Positions 50,162 through 61,018 of a stretch of 64,000 nt of DNA are shown here, piece by piece. Position numbers and translations under genes: made by a program. Numbering within the stretch: position 1 is the first letter of the stretch; every line of letters starts with the position of its first letter. The notes beneath the pieces are model-generated. The model worked only from the letters and a program-made list of their open reading frames with translations. It had not been told where the DNA came from and made no database searches. Source of the stretch: Penicillus capitatus (Eukaryota > Plantae > Chlorophyta). Where the stretch lies: the NCBI GenBank assembly GCA_965649825.1, contig OZ287696.1:291101-355100 (forward strand), given 5' to 3'.

Positions 50162-53100
50162 ATGCGTCGACACGGCAAGCGTCTTTACCTCCGGAACGTT
50201 GTCGTCGTTCAATGGGCGGTCATAGAGGAGCGAACGGATAGGATCTGTTCACACTTCGCCAGGACTGGATGGTGCAAGTTTGGGTCAACGTGCCGGTTCT
50301 CCCACGACACTTCGGATGCAAAGAGCGTCTCGCAAGCTTTAAGAGAATCGGACGACAAAAGAAGCGCGCGGACGGATCGTGTGTGCAGCTTTTTTTCGCG
50401 AACTGGACACTGCCGCTTTGGCGACAGATGCCGCTTCGTCCACGTGCGCGAGCAGGAAGTGCTTGCGGGTGTCGAGAACGACGTGGATCCTCATCCTCTC
50501 TTCATGTACGGCCGCCTCCGTCTTGACCGATTTCGTCCAATGCGTTTTCAGGTTGCTGGCTGAACGCAGAATGGCCAACTGCACGGCGAAACAGGTGCAG
50601 ACGTTCGTGCGCTACGCCGAGAACTGTCTGGTCAAGGACATGGGTTCGATGGAATCGTCCGTGCTCGAAACACTCGGCAGCGACGTCGGTGTCGAAATCT
50701 TGCGCAACCTTTTCGGCCCGACAAAGAACTTCGTCCTCAAGCAAACCACCTCCAACGCCCAGGTGCGTGACTCCTGTCGACCTGATGTTGGAAACGTGTC
50801 GTGTGCCAGACGTCTTTTCTTCACACGTTCATCCCGGTGCTGAGGCTGGCGACGTCGTCGCTCATTCTGACAGCGGCGCGCCAGACCTACGTCAACACCT
50901 TCTTGCAGGCACTGGGGCACTCTTTTCAATGGGTTTCGCTCCGTGCGGTGCTCGACGAACTTGTGTCCAGCGATCGCGCTCCTTCGCTTACGGAGGTCGA
51001 AGGCTCTTCGGTGAGCACGTCTGCTGTCGGCTTCATACTCTCAGCATTGTCGGTCCGTCGCCGTAGAGCGACGAATCGAGTGATTGGCTCGATATACTGC
51101 GCCCTTTCCTGGCCTTCGTATCGGAGATTCTGCAGAGATTTGATGCAATGTTCTTGGCGGAGATCGCAGAGCTGCATCCGTTTCTGTGCAGAGTGAAAGA
51201 GATCGTGAATCCAGATCTCCGTTCCCCCGATCGCAGATTTCGTCAATTCTCGAAGGATTTTGCAGAACTGACCAAGTACCGCACGTCCTTTTGCATCTTG
51301 CGTTCTTCTCGATCGTTGCGCCAGTTCTCTTGCGCAAAAGACTGGGAAGCAGCAGTTGAAGATAGACACTTCACAGAAACTGGAGAAACTTAACCTCGAC
51401 AGGAGAACCGCGAAGGAATCCATGATCGTAGTATATTCCCAGCCACCAGGTAAGGCGTGACTGTACTTGGTACACGGGTCAAACTTCTTCAAGGTCTTCT
51501 TCGACCGGAGGGGCAAAGACATGACAATGACCATGCGGATATTGCGCAAATCAATGTGGCGCCTACAGAAGCAGAGGTTTTATGCACCGTTCCGCCTTAT
51601 CTGCCACCCAACAAGCATGCTCTTCCTCCACTCTTTCTGGTCCAATGTCTTTTCGGTAGGGCCGGGACGGTGGTTCACCTCCCGGAGGCAAGTGTCTCTG
51701 CACATCGGGATTTGCATTTCCGTTTGCTCCGTTTCAATCTCGTCTCTGACATCCAGACCGCCATTCGCCACTTTACGGAATGCGGAGGGATCAAGGCGCT
51801 CAAAAAGATGGTCCAATTCACCCCACCTCTGTCTCTTCAACCGAGTCGGTTTCGCATTTCCAGGACAGACAGAAGAAAAGGGTGTCGGAAGGGCTAGACT
51901 TCAGAGAAGTCACCTTGGACATCTACAGACGTGTAGAGATCCAGGCAATCGGAGCCAACCAAAGGTCTGGCGTGTACTACAAGGTCACATCGTTGTCGAT
52001 ACTGGTGACTTGCCTCCTCACGGTCCACCTTCGCAGATCGCGTTCGACGAGCCAGACTTCGTGAGAAAGATGCCAGTCGCCAGAAAACCTCTGTTCTGGC
52101 AGAGGACGCACAGACTGGCCCACGGATCCTTAGCATGTCTGTGGTGGCAAGTGGATGACGAAGAGGAGCCATCAGTTGTGTTTGGCGCTGTCAGCGAACG
52201 CGACGAAGGAGACCTCATGCAATCTCGCCCTTCACTGGGCATCAGGTCCGCCTTCTTGACTCTCCTGTCTCTGAAACGGTTTCCCAGAGCGATCCCCGTT
52301 CCTTACAACGAGAAGCTGGCATCCCTCTTGTTCAAAGAGGACCAGGGCGCGCGGACATCAGAAGTCGTTCTGCTGCAAGCCGGTCCGAGCTTCTTCGCCT
52401 TCGAACCCATTTTGAAAGCGCTCAAGAAAGCGTCCATTCCGTTGGAACACATTATCACGCAGCCTCCTCCCAAGGTGGTAGCGATTCAGAACAGCAGCAC
52501 GAACTAACTGTATCCAGTGCGAAATCTAGCAGAAGGAGGACACTTGTGGCACCAAACGAGAACTGGCCCTTCCTGAGTATGCCGAGACAGGCGGAACGTT
52601 CAATCTCAGCTTCCTCTGCGAGGATAATCCGCCGAGGCACCCCAAGTGCACGGCCGATTCGAACGGAACTGAGGCGTAGAGATGTGGTTCTGTAGTCTGA
52701 TGAGCATCGATCCCTCGAATCCAGACAGCTTTCCCGTGGACGAACTCGTGCAATGCACGACACTTGACCGATGCCAGGCAGACGCTGTCAAGGCAGCATT
52801 GACAAGAGAGATGGCACTGATCCAGGGTCCTCCAGGAACAGGCAAAGATCCGCCTGTTTCTCGACAGCCGTACGTTAGTTGTCTGCAGGGAAGACGTATG
52901 TTGGCATCCAGATTGTCCGGGCTCTGTTGTCTTTCAAGAAAGCGCAGGAGGATCGATTGCCCGTTCCGCACTTTCCTTTTCGTCGGGAAGTCACATCGCC
53001 CCTGGGCCCGATTCTCTGCGTCTGCTTCACCAACCATGCCCTGGATCAGTTTCTCCTGGGCCTTGTGGAGGCCGGAATCGAGAATATTGTGCGGGTTGGC

Positions 53101-56100
53101 GGCAACAGCAGAACTGAGAAGCTGGCCCCATACAACCTCCGCAACCTGCACAAAGTGGGCTTGGGGCCGAGGGGATATGAACTCAGGAAAGAGATCATCC
53201 CGGAGGCCGAGAAGAGGATAAACCGACTCGACAACGATCTCCGACGTTCCCGAGAAAGGTCGTCTTTCTTCATTGCTCGAGATTTCAGTTCGTTGCTTTT
53301 GCAGTTACGTTTCCTGGTATCGAGTCGAGCCCTTGGTAAACCTGTCCTGTCCCAGCTTCGTCGAGTGCTTGGAAGCTGCGATTGGGTACGATGAGTACGT
53401 ACATGACAGGCAAACTGCCTGGTTAGAATGGTGCCGTTCGTACGCCAATGGTTTCGATGAGTGGTATCATCCACCGCAGACCACAAATCGCACCGTCGAC
53501 GAGCTGCTCGAGGCAGACGACTTCTGGGACTTGACAGAGGCAGAACACCGAAGATTCTATGAACACTGGGAGAAGCTGGCGAGAGACACAGCCAAAAAGG
53601 GCATTGAGAGGCGGCTCAATCGCTATGAGTCATTGGTCGGAGAGTACACGCAGCTGGAAACTGCCTCGAATCTGACGTGCCTGCTCAAGGCCTCCGTCGT
53701 TGGCATGACAACGACATACGTTGCCAAAAACCAGAACCTTCTCGCGGGACTGATGCCAAAAATCGTGATTCTGGAAGAGGCAGCCGAGGTGCTGGAAGCC
53801 CATGTTCTGACATCTCTCTCGTCCAATACGCAGCAGCTCATCATGATCGGCGATCACGAACAGCTCCGTCCAAAAGTCAACAACTATATCCTGCAAGCAC
53901 ATTCTGGATGCGGATTCGATCTGGATGTCTCCATGTTCGAAAGGCTCATCACCGACAACAACATCCCGTATGTCACACTTCAGATTCAGAGGCGGATGCG
54001 TCCGCAGTTCTCAAGGTGACCCTTTCTTTTCGTTATTGATGCACGGCGTCTCTCTGCAGACTGATCCGTTCGTCCATCTATCCGAAGTTGGAGGATCACG
54101 TTTCGGTGACAAGCTATCCAGCCGAGGTGCCTGGAATGGCGAAGACGTTGTTCTTTTTCGACCACGATCACCAAGAGAGGGGCCTGCAAGATGCCAAGTC
54201 CAAGAGCAACGAATTTGAAGCGCTGTTCGCTATCGAACTGGCGCTGTACCTTCTCAAACAGGACTGCTTCAAATCAGGTTTTGACTCGCTGCTTTGCAAA
54301 GTGTTCTCACGCCGTCCGCCATTGCAGGGGATATCGCAATTATCACTCCGTACGTCGGGCAGCTCTTGACATTGAAGAAGCACACGGCAGACGTTTCTCT
54401 TGTCATGCAGATCGATGACAAGGACAGAGAACTCCTCGAGAACTATGCTGAGACTGGTGAGCTAAGGAGCACCTCCGCCTGACCGCATTCTCTTGCGGAA
54501 TACGTGTAGACGAGACGAATGTCCCAGCAGAAGGGGCTCAAGCGGATGGCCGATCCGAAGAAAGGAAAGTCGAAGAGATGCCCAGAATCGATACCAAGAT
54601 GAACAGATGCGTTCGATTGGCCACGATCGACAACTTTCAAGCAAAGAACCGCGGATGTCGAAGGAGGACATCCAGTTCTCTTCGGTTTTCTAGGGAGAGG
54701 AGGCAAAGATTGTGATTCTGTCCCTGGTCAGAAATGAGAAGGAAGGACACATCGGGTTCGTCGGAATCAAGAACCGGATCAACGTCATGCTCTCCAGAGC
54801 GAAGGAAGGGATGTACATTCTGGGAAACTGCGAATCCCTGGAAGCCTACAGCAGGAACACGATGTGGAGAGATGTCCTGGCAATGATGAGAGAAGAGGGA
54901 TGTGTGGGCTCAGAACTCGAGGTGCAACTGAGCAATAATTGCTTGACAGTCCCTCTGCATCTGCTTGCTCTTTCTGTTTCAGCTGAAATGCCAGAACCAT
55001 CCAGAATGCATCACCAAGATCAAGCACTGGAGAGACTTTGATCTCTTGGCCGGAGACGGCGGCTGCCAAGCTCCCTGCAATCACCAGCTGTCATGCGGCC
55101 ATGTCTGCAGAAGGTGTGTGTACACCATGCAGAATGAATGACCAGTCTGCACGTCACCGTGCGTTTGCTCTTTAGGCGATGCCACATCGTCAACAAGGAC
55201 CACAAAGAAAACGACTGCTCTTTGCTTGTCAACGTCGAACTGCCTTGCGGACACGTCAAAACAAACATTCCCTGCCACGAGTATGCTCTTCCACTCAAGT
55301 GTACGAGAGACGGCCCTTTACTACAGGGCCGTGGAGCCGAGTAAGATTCTCTGTCAAGAGTATCTCGAAGTGGGTGTCCAAGGCTGTCAGCACGATCACA
55401 AGTACCGCGTTCGGTGTCACATGGCCGACAATTTCTCGAAGGACCCCGAAAGCTGCATCCACCATGTCCGCGTGCGCATGCCAATCTGCGGACACGAGAT
55501 CGAAGTGCCCTGCCACCAAGAACGCATCGCGATCAAAAACCCAGAGAGATGCAACCAGCGATGCCACAAGGATCTCGGGAACTGCGGACACACCTGTGAG
55601 AGAAGATGCGGAGACTGCATCAGTCGAACACTGAAGAAGATCCCGGGATTTGTGCTGTCGTCCTCAAACGCACACCTGCTGGATCACGGAGTTTGCCAGT
55701 CACTGTGCAACAAGACTCTTCTCTGCGGCCATCCGTGCAGAGAGAAATGCCATGCAGGTGAGATTGAATGATCAGCACTCTGTGCTTCGATACGTCTCTC
55801 TGCAGATCGAGATCACTGTGGACTGTGTCAGGAGAGGTGCTCTGTCGTTTGCGAGCATCGAAAAAGGTGCCACAAGAGATGCTCAGACCCCTGCGTCTCG
55901 TGCGCCGAGCCATGCTCGTGGAATTGCGAGCATCAAGGCGCATGCGATCTTCCATGTGGGGCGCCATGCAATCGGCTGCCGTGTGACCGTCGCTGCGACA
56001 AGCTGCTCACGTGTGGCTGTCGATGTCCATCTCTCTGTGGAGAGGAATGCCCCTCGCAACGATTCTGCCACAAGTGCGGTGTTCCGAGCGTCAAAGACAT

Positions 56101-57788
56101 GGTCGAAACCCACATGCGTGCATGTACTCTAAGCAATCGTGTCGTGCCTTCCAGGAGGTGGACATGACCATGTTCCGGAGGTATGGCGAGCTCACGGACG
56201 AGGAGCTCACTCAGGACCCATTGATCGTGCTCAGCTGCGGACATGCATTCCTGACGTCCACGCTCGATGGCCACATGGGCATCACAGAATTCTACCAGCA
56301 AGACAGATTCGGAAGGTCTATCGCCTTCCTTCGCAGAAATCGTGAAAACATTCTGTTGCAGGTGGACGCGGCCTGTGTTCGGCGAACGTCTGCGCATGTT
56401 TGACGACAGAAAGCTGTGTATCATCTGCAGAGCGCCGATTGTTTTCGTTCGACGCTACGGTCGAATCATCAACAAATCGGCAATAGATCTGATGGAGAGG
56501 GTCTTCTTCCAACACTTCGAGTCGAAATTCGGCAAACTGAAACTCAGACTGGACAAAACTGCGAACGAACTGGACACTCTCGGAAGTTCAAGGACCGATA
56601 GAGACAACAGAAACCTCATCAAAAACATTCAGTCCGTTAGGGATCGGATCAACGCCATTGCCTCTGAGTATCTCCAAATGGTGGATGATTCTGGCAAGTG
56701 CGTGCTGTCATGTCGCCTGTCCCCATCGAAAGATTGCTGATGTAACACGTAGAACGCCTTCACTAGATATCTATCAGAAGATCCGATCTTCTATTTTGGG
56801 CAAGAGCATCGAAGAAGAGCTGTCACCAGAGGAGACAGCAGAAAAACTCGAGTCCGTAACGGTCCCGGTTCCAGACAACACCAGGGCGTGCAGGTGATGG
56901 ACGGGGTTTCTCTGCGGTCTCATTCTTCTTGTCTTAGAGCCTTGGTGGCTCACATCTGCTGCCAGAAGATGTGGCTTCGATGCCAGACTCGTGCTCTTGT
57001 AGCCTTGAAGAGTAGTTCTTCTTATGGAAAGGCCAGGGAAGATTTCAAAGTCTTGTCGATACGCAGAGTTCTTTCGCATGTCGCCTCGTTTTCTATCGTA
57101 TAGATGAACGGAATTCGCAAGACCATAAAGGGAGGAAGCAAAAGAATACATGAGTGTCAGGACGAAATCGACAAGACACTCGAGGCCGCGGAGAAAACGC
57201 GCAGTGCCACCAGGGTAGTGGACGCCTGCAAAGGAGCTCTTCAGATTCATCTGGAGTCCATTCGATTTACGATCGAGATAAGTGGACACGAGGTGGCCAG
57301 AGCGATGAACAAAAACACTTTCCAGTTAGAAGACACTGGGAAACAACAGCAAACGGCCACGATAAGAAAAGCAGAGAAGCTCATTGAGATAGCACTCAAT
57401 GTCTGCACAAGTGTTGAACAGGTAGGCCCAATTGTTATTTCGCCACTAAGAGGGTAATGCGCAGAAGTCCGAGATACTCAGCATCAAAACCGAATTTGAG
57501 AAAGCGAAGCAGATTCTAACGGAGATGACGACCGAGGAGAAGCTCAAGCTGCTCATGAGAGTCATCATCAACGATCCGCGCATCCAGACGAATGAACCCA
57601 GAGGGCATATCTACCGATGCCCTAATGGACATTACTATATCATTGGCGAATGTGGAGGTGCAAATCAGGGAGGTGTATGCCCTGATTGCGGAGCTCGCAT
57701 TGGAGGCAGTGGCTTGACGAACGGTCACATGTTGGCCCCTGACAACACACAAATCACTGTCGAAGAGACCAGCCTCATGAACCGTTAA
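50162..57788 (+). CDS. ZNFX1: ZNFX1-like protein B: same architecture as A
   Basis: CSHFARTGWCKFGSTCRFSH and CSFFSRTGHCRFGDRCRFVH. QGPPGTG|KTYVG, CFTNHALDQFL, ILEEAAEVLEAH, IGDHEQLRP, TIDNFQ|GEE and NRINVMLSRAK. NF-X1 repeats, LSCGH..CIICRAPI, and HIYRCPNGHYYIIGECG..CPDCGARIGG. Confidence 0.93.
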
Positions 57789-58078
57789 TCCGACACCTCT
57801 GACCCCCCCCCAACGACCGATCCAAGCACTTTTCTATTTGTATTAAGTTGCTGTTTGTTTCACACGTTTCACACGTTCAGTACCACAATCTCCTTCCTCG
57901 TCGAGAAAGGAGGAGGAGTCCAACAGTGAGATGGCTGTTTTTGAGAAGAACAAAACTTGGATAACGATTAAGCGAAATGTTCATTTTGGGATGCTATCAT
58001 GGTGTTTTTGATCCCTCGGTCGCAAAACAAGCGAGCCAGCAAGAAGACATTCGTTACCGACCTGCAAAGGATCTCTAT

Positions 58079-58577
58079 CTACTCGTCCCCTTCACCACTC
58101 TTCCAACCAAATCTCTCCCGTAGGAATGCATTTATCTCTTCCGCTGCTTTATCGACCGATTGCGGATCACCACCAGTCTCCCTCTTTCTGGACAACATAA
58201 CCGTCGATCAAGGATGAGAGAAAGAGCGACGAACGGGAAGATGCTGGAATTGGCAACAGTCCATGCAGCCATATAGAAGGCTCCGTATACGCCAACAGCA
58301 GCAATGCCCACAGCAAAGAAAGCTGGATTCCATCCGAATGACGTTTAAAGAGTCTGTCTTCTTGCCATCATCTTACCTCCGATTCCCATTGCGCCGATCA
58401 CGAGCATCGGGTTGGTCGGTTCCGGCGGCGGTCCTTCGGTGTCGTAGTCATCATCATCCGAGGAAGAAGAGGAGCCTCTCGGGCGCGTCCTTCTGCAAGA
58501 CCCGTTAGAGAAGCTATCGCGAAGCTGTCGACCTGTTCTGCGTTGCGAGGCAGCGCGTGCTTAAGGTGGTACGACAT
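58079..58577 (-). CDS. Possible small membrane protein
   Basis: Spliced frame SSSSDDDDYDTEGPPPEPTNPMLVIGAMGIG|AFFAVGIAAVGVYGAFYMAAW. Neither end is resolved. Confidence 0.35.
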
Positions 58578-58655
58578 CCCTGAGAAACTCCGGCGACATA
58601 GGCTCCCAAAGCCCGACGTATCATCGTCGACATTAGACAAGTTAGATTCTTCCGA

Positions 58656-59066
58656 ATGGATCAGCGTGGACCTCCAGGTCTTGGGGGTGTCGAAACCTTT
58701 TCTTCTTTGAAATCCTACAGAAAACACCTTCGAAAGAAGACAAGGATGCTTCAGGACGCCATCGGTGCGTCCGTTCTTTCGACTCCACTCTCGGGGGACG
58801 TGTTTTTAGACAGAGACTGGCTCGGACCACAACAGAGCCAATCCCTGAAGCGTCAACTTTCGGAGATGAAATCGAAAATCACGAAAGTCGCGGAGGAGCT
58901 CGACTCTCTTAAGCAGGAAATGACAGAACCGCAAAGACATCGCATCAATGGACTGTTGAATCTCATCGATAAAGTTGTGCCCATTCTACCACGTTCACAG
59001 GACCACGTGCCATCGCCGCCACCTACACTACCAGACATCCGCATCAAAGAGGAAACGCACCTGTAA
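58656..59066 (+). CDS. Hypothetical protein with short coiled coil
   Basis: 136-aa ORF containing LKRQLSEMKSKITKVAEELDSLKQE. No family recognised. Confidence 0.45.
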   Translation: MDQRGPPGLGGVETFSSLKSYRKHLRKKTRMLQDAIGASVLSTPLSGDVFLDRDWLGPQQSQSLKRQLSEMKSKITKVAEELDSLKQEMTEPQRHRINGLLNLIDKVVPILPRSQDHVPSPPPTLPDIRIKEETHL

Positions 59067-59545
59067 GTGCAGACGGTGGTCTGTGTGCAGCGAGGCACGG
59101 TCTCTTGTTTGGACATCTGATGGGATGGTCACGCGATTCTCTTTCTCTCGATGTTTGTCGTGTATATACATACGATCCACCCATCCTTGTCTGATGATGC
59201 TGACGATGATACGAGGCTGTGTCATCGCTGCTCTGCGAAATGGTCAGGCGCATGTGAATAGCTGGTGTTAGTAGAGGAATGGCCTAGCCCTTTGAGATGC
59301 GACGCTCAACAAACGTGTGAATTGTTCGAATTAAATGCGTATTTAATACTCGACTGGAAATGATTGCACACATACGCGCTCGCATTTAACGTTCCCTGAT
59401 GGAAGCTTGAATCGCAACGAGTCTTTGTACAATCCAAACACATCCTGCTGCATTCCATCAGGCACGGAGCACTCCCTGACGTCGATTCTGACGGAGAAAC
59501 ACGTACAACGACAAATTGGATGGACACCGTCATGCAAACCTATCT

Positions 59546-60748
59546 TCAGGCTCGGTGCTTAGAAAGATCGATGGTTCGAAGCTCGTGGAGAAGCTCGATC
59601 TGTTGCTTCAGCGCCCAGTTTGGAATGAGGGAAGAGGGCGACATTCTCTCTCGGGTTAGGGGAGATCTTTTGTACAAGTCGAGCCACTGGGTGATGGCCG
59701 TACGCTCGTAGGAACGCCCATCTGGCGCGACCACTGGATCCTCCATGACCTCCAGCGTGATGGGGCACGTACACAACGATTCCATCTCGGACAGCACTTT
59801 TGTGAAAAGATCGTCCGATCGCAAACCACTCGAAGACGCTCCTGCCGACGTCTTCTCTCCCAGAGACAGCTCCTGGATTCTCTGGCCGATAAGACGGGCG
59901 ATCTCTTCGTGACACATAAAACTCGCCAGATCCAAAGCAGTCAGCGATTCGGCGTTCTCAGCAAAGGGATCGGCTCCGCAGCGCAAAAGGCTTCGGACGG
60001 CCATGACGTCCTCTTCCACGCATGCCAAATGAAGTATGGTCGTTCCGGGGGATAAGGGGACGTTGACATCCGCTCCGGCTTCGGCTAGTGATTGCACAAC
60101 GTCAAAGTGTTTGTTTGCCGCTGCATGAACGATGGCAGGATCAAGAGTCGTCGGCGAAGCTTCGAGATCTGCTCCGTATTGTATAAGACGGTCAACGATG
60201 GTGATATGACCGAGACTGGCAGCCAGAATCAGAGGACTGCATCCGTTGACCCACATGTTGACATCTGCTCCTGCATCGATGAGGCTCTTGACAATATCAT
60301 GCAGATCATGGCTTGTGGCCAAGTGTAATGGCGACGAACGTGCTTCGTCGACAACAACTGTGTACTTCACGTCTGCGCAATGAGGCAGCAACATATCCAC
60401 TCACTCTTTGTTTGTAATAGGCATGATAGGGGCTGTCCTCTTTCAGAGAGTTGAACTTCGCATTTCCTTTCTCATTCTCTTTGACACGCTGTTCAAACAC
60501 AATACCTGCATTTAATACGTCGTCTTGCGGTTTCCATACAAGTGTTGCCGCTTACCGTTTCTCGCGACGAATTGAGCTGTTTTGTCGGCTATTCCACGAA
60601 TATCGTGTGGCGGCAGGATAACGCCAATAGCGCCCGTCTGTGTTGCCGGAAGCAGGGCGTCATTTGAGGGAGCAACCGGGAGAGACGGTGTGACCGTCTT
60701 CACCTCCCCGACGGGTACAATAGAACTCTGCTTCGTTTCTGCCAGCAT
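59546..60748 (-). CDS. Ankyrin-repeat + U-box E3 ligase, apparently preceded in the same gene by an SF3A1-type SURP/SWAP domain
   Basis: SURP: GVILPPHDIRGIADKTAQFVARNG|IVFEQRV..KFNSL..SPYHAYYKQRV (intron 60506-60555). Ankyrin repeats SPLHLA, SPLILAA, AIVHAA and TILHLA. U-box LCTCPITLEVMEDPVVAPDGRSYERTAI.W...SPLTRE...LIPNWALK. Confidence 0.8.
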
Positions 60749-60783
60749 CAGAGAATGGACAAACGACGACCATCGACTTCCTT

Positions 60784-60861
60784 AACGTGTCCTTCCCAAC
60801 AGCGTCACATCCACCCCAGCCGCCGTACTACAAATGCTTCGTCGGACATCACAGAGACTGC
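60784..60861. repeat. 78-bp dispersed noncoding element, copy 2
   Basis: 72/78 identical to 43975-44052; lies ~35 nt upstream of the SURP-gene ATG. Confidence 0.93.
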
Positions 60862-61018
60862 TTACTCATGTCCATCGACGCATTCTTGGCACCGGGATCG
60901 GGCATGTGTCAACGAGCGGGCTGCAGGATTTTGACAAGTGGTGCTTAGAGAGGCTTTGGGGATCGCGGGTCGGAGAAATGCCAACGTTGCCTCGCCTGTC
61001 TTGAATCGGTCTCTCTCT

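Noticed and set aside
52637-52695. A further GC-AG intron in ZNFX1-B (AG|gcaccc)
   Set aside because: A GT donor at 52646 gives the same phase with a 50-nt intron, so GC is not required.
43975-60861. 44-60.8 kb block as an LTR element or transposon bounded by the 78-bp direct repeats
   Set aside because: No TG..CA termini, PBS, TSD, transposase, integrase or RT; the interior contains intron-bearing host genes.
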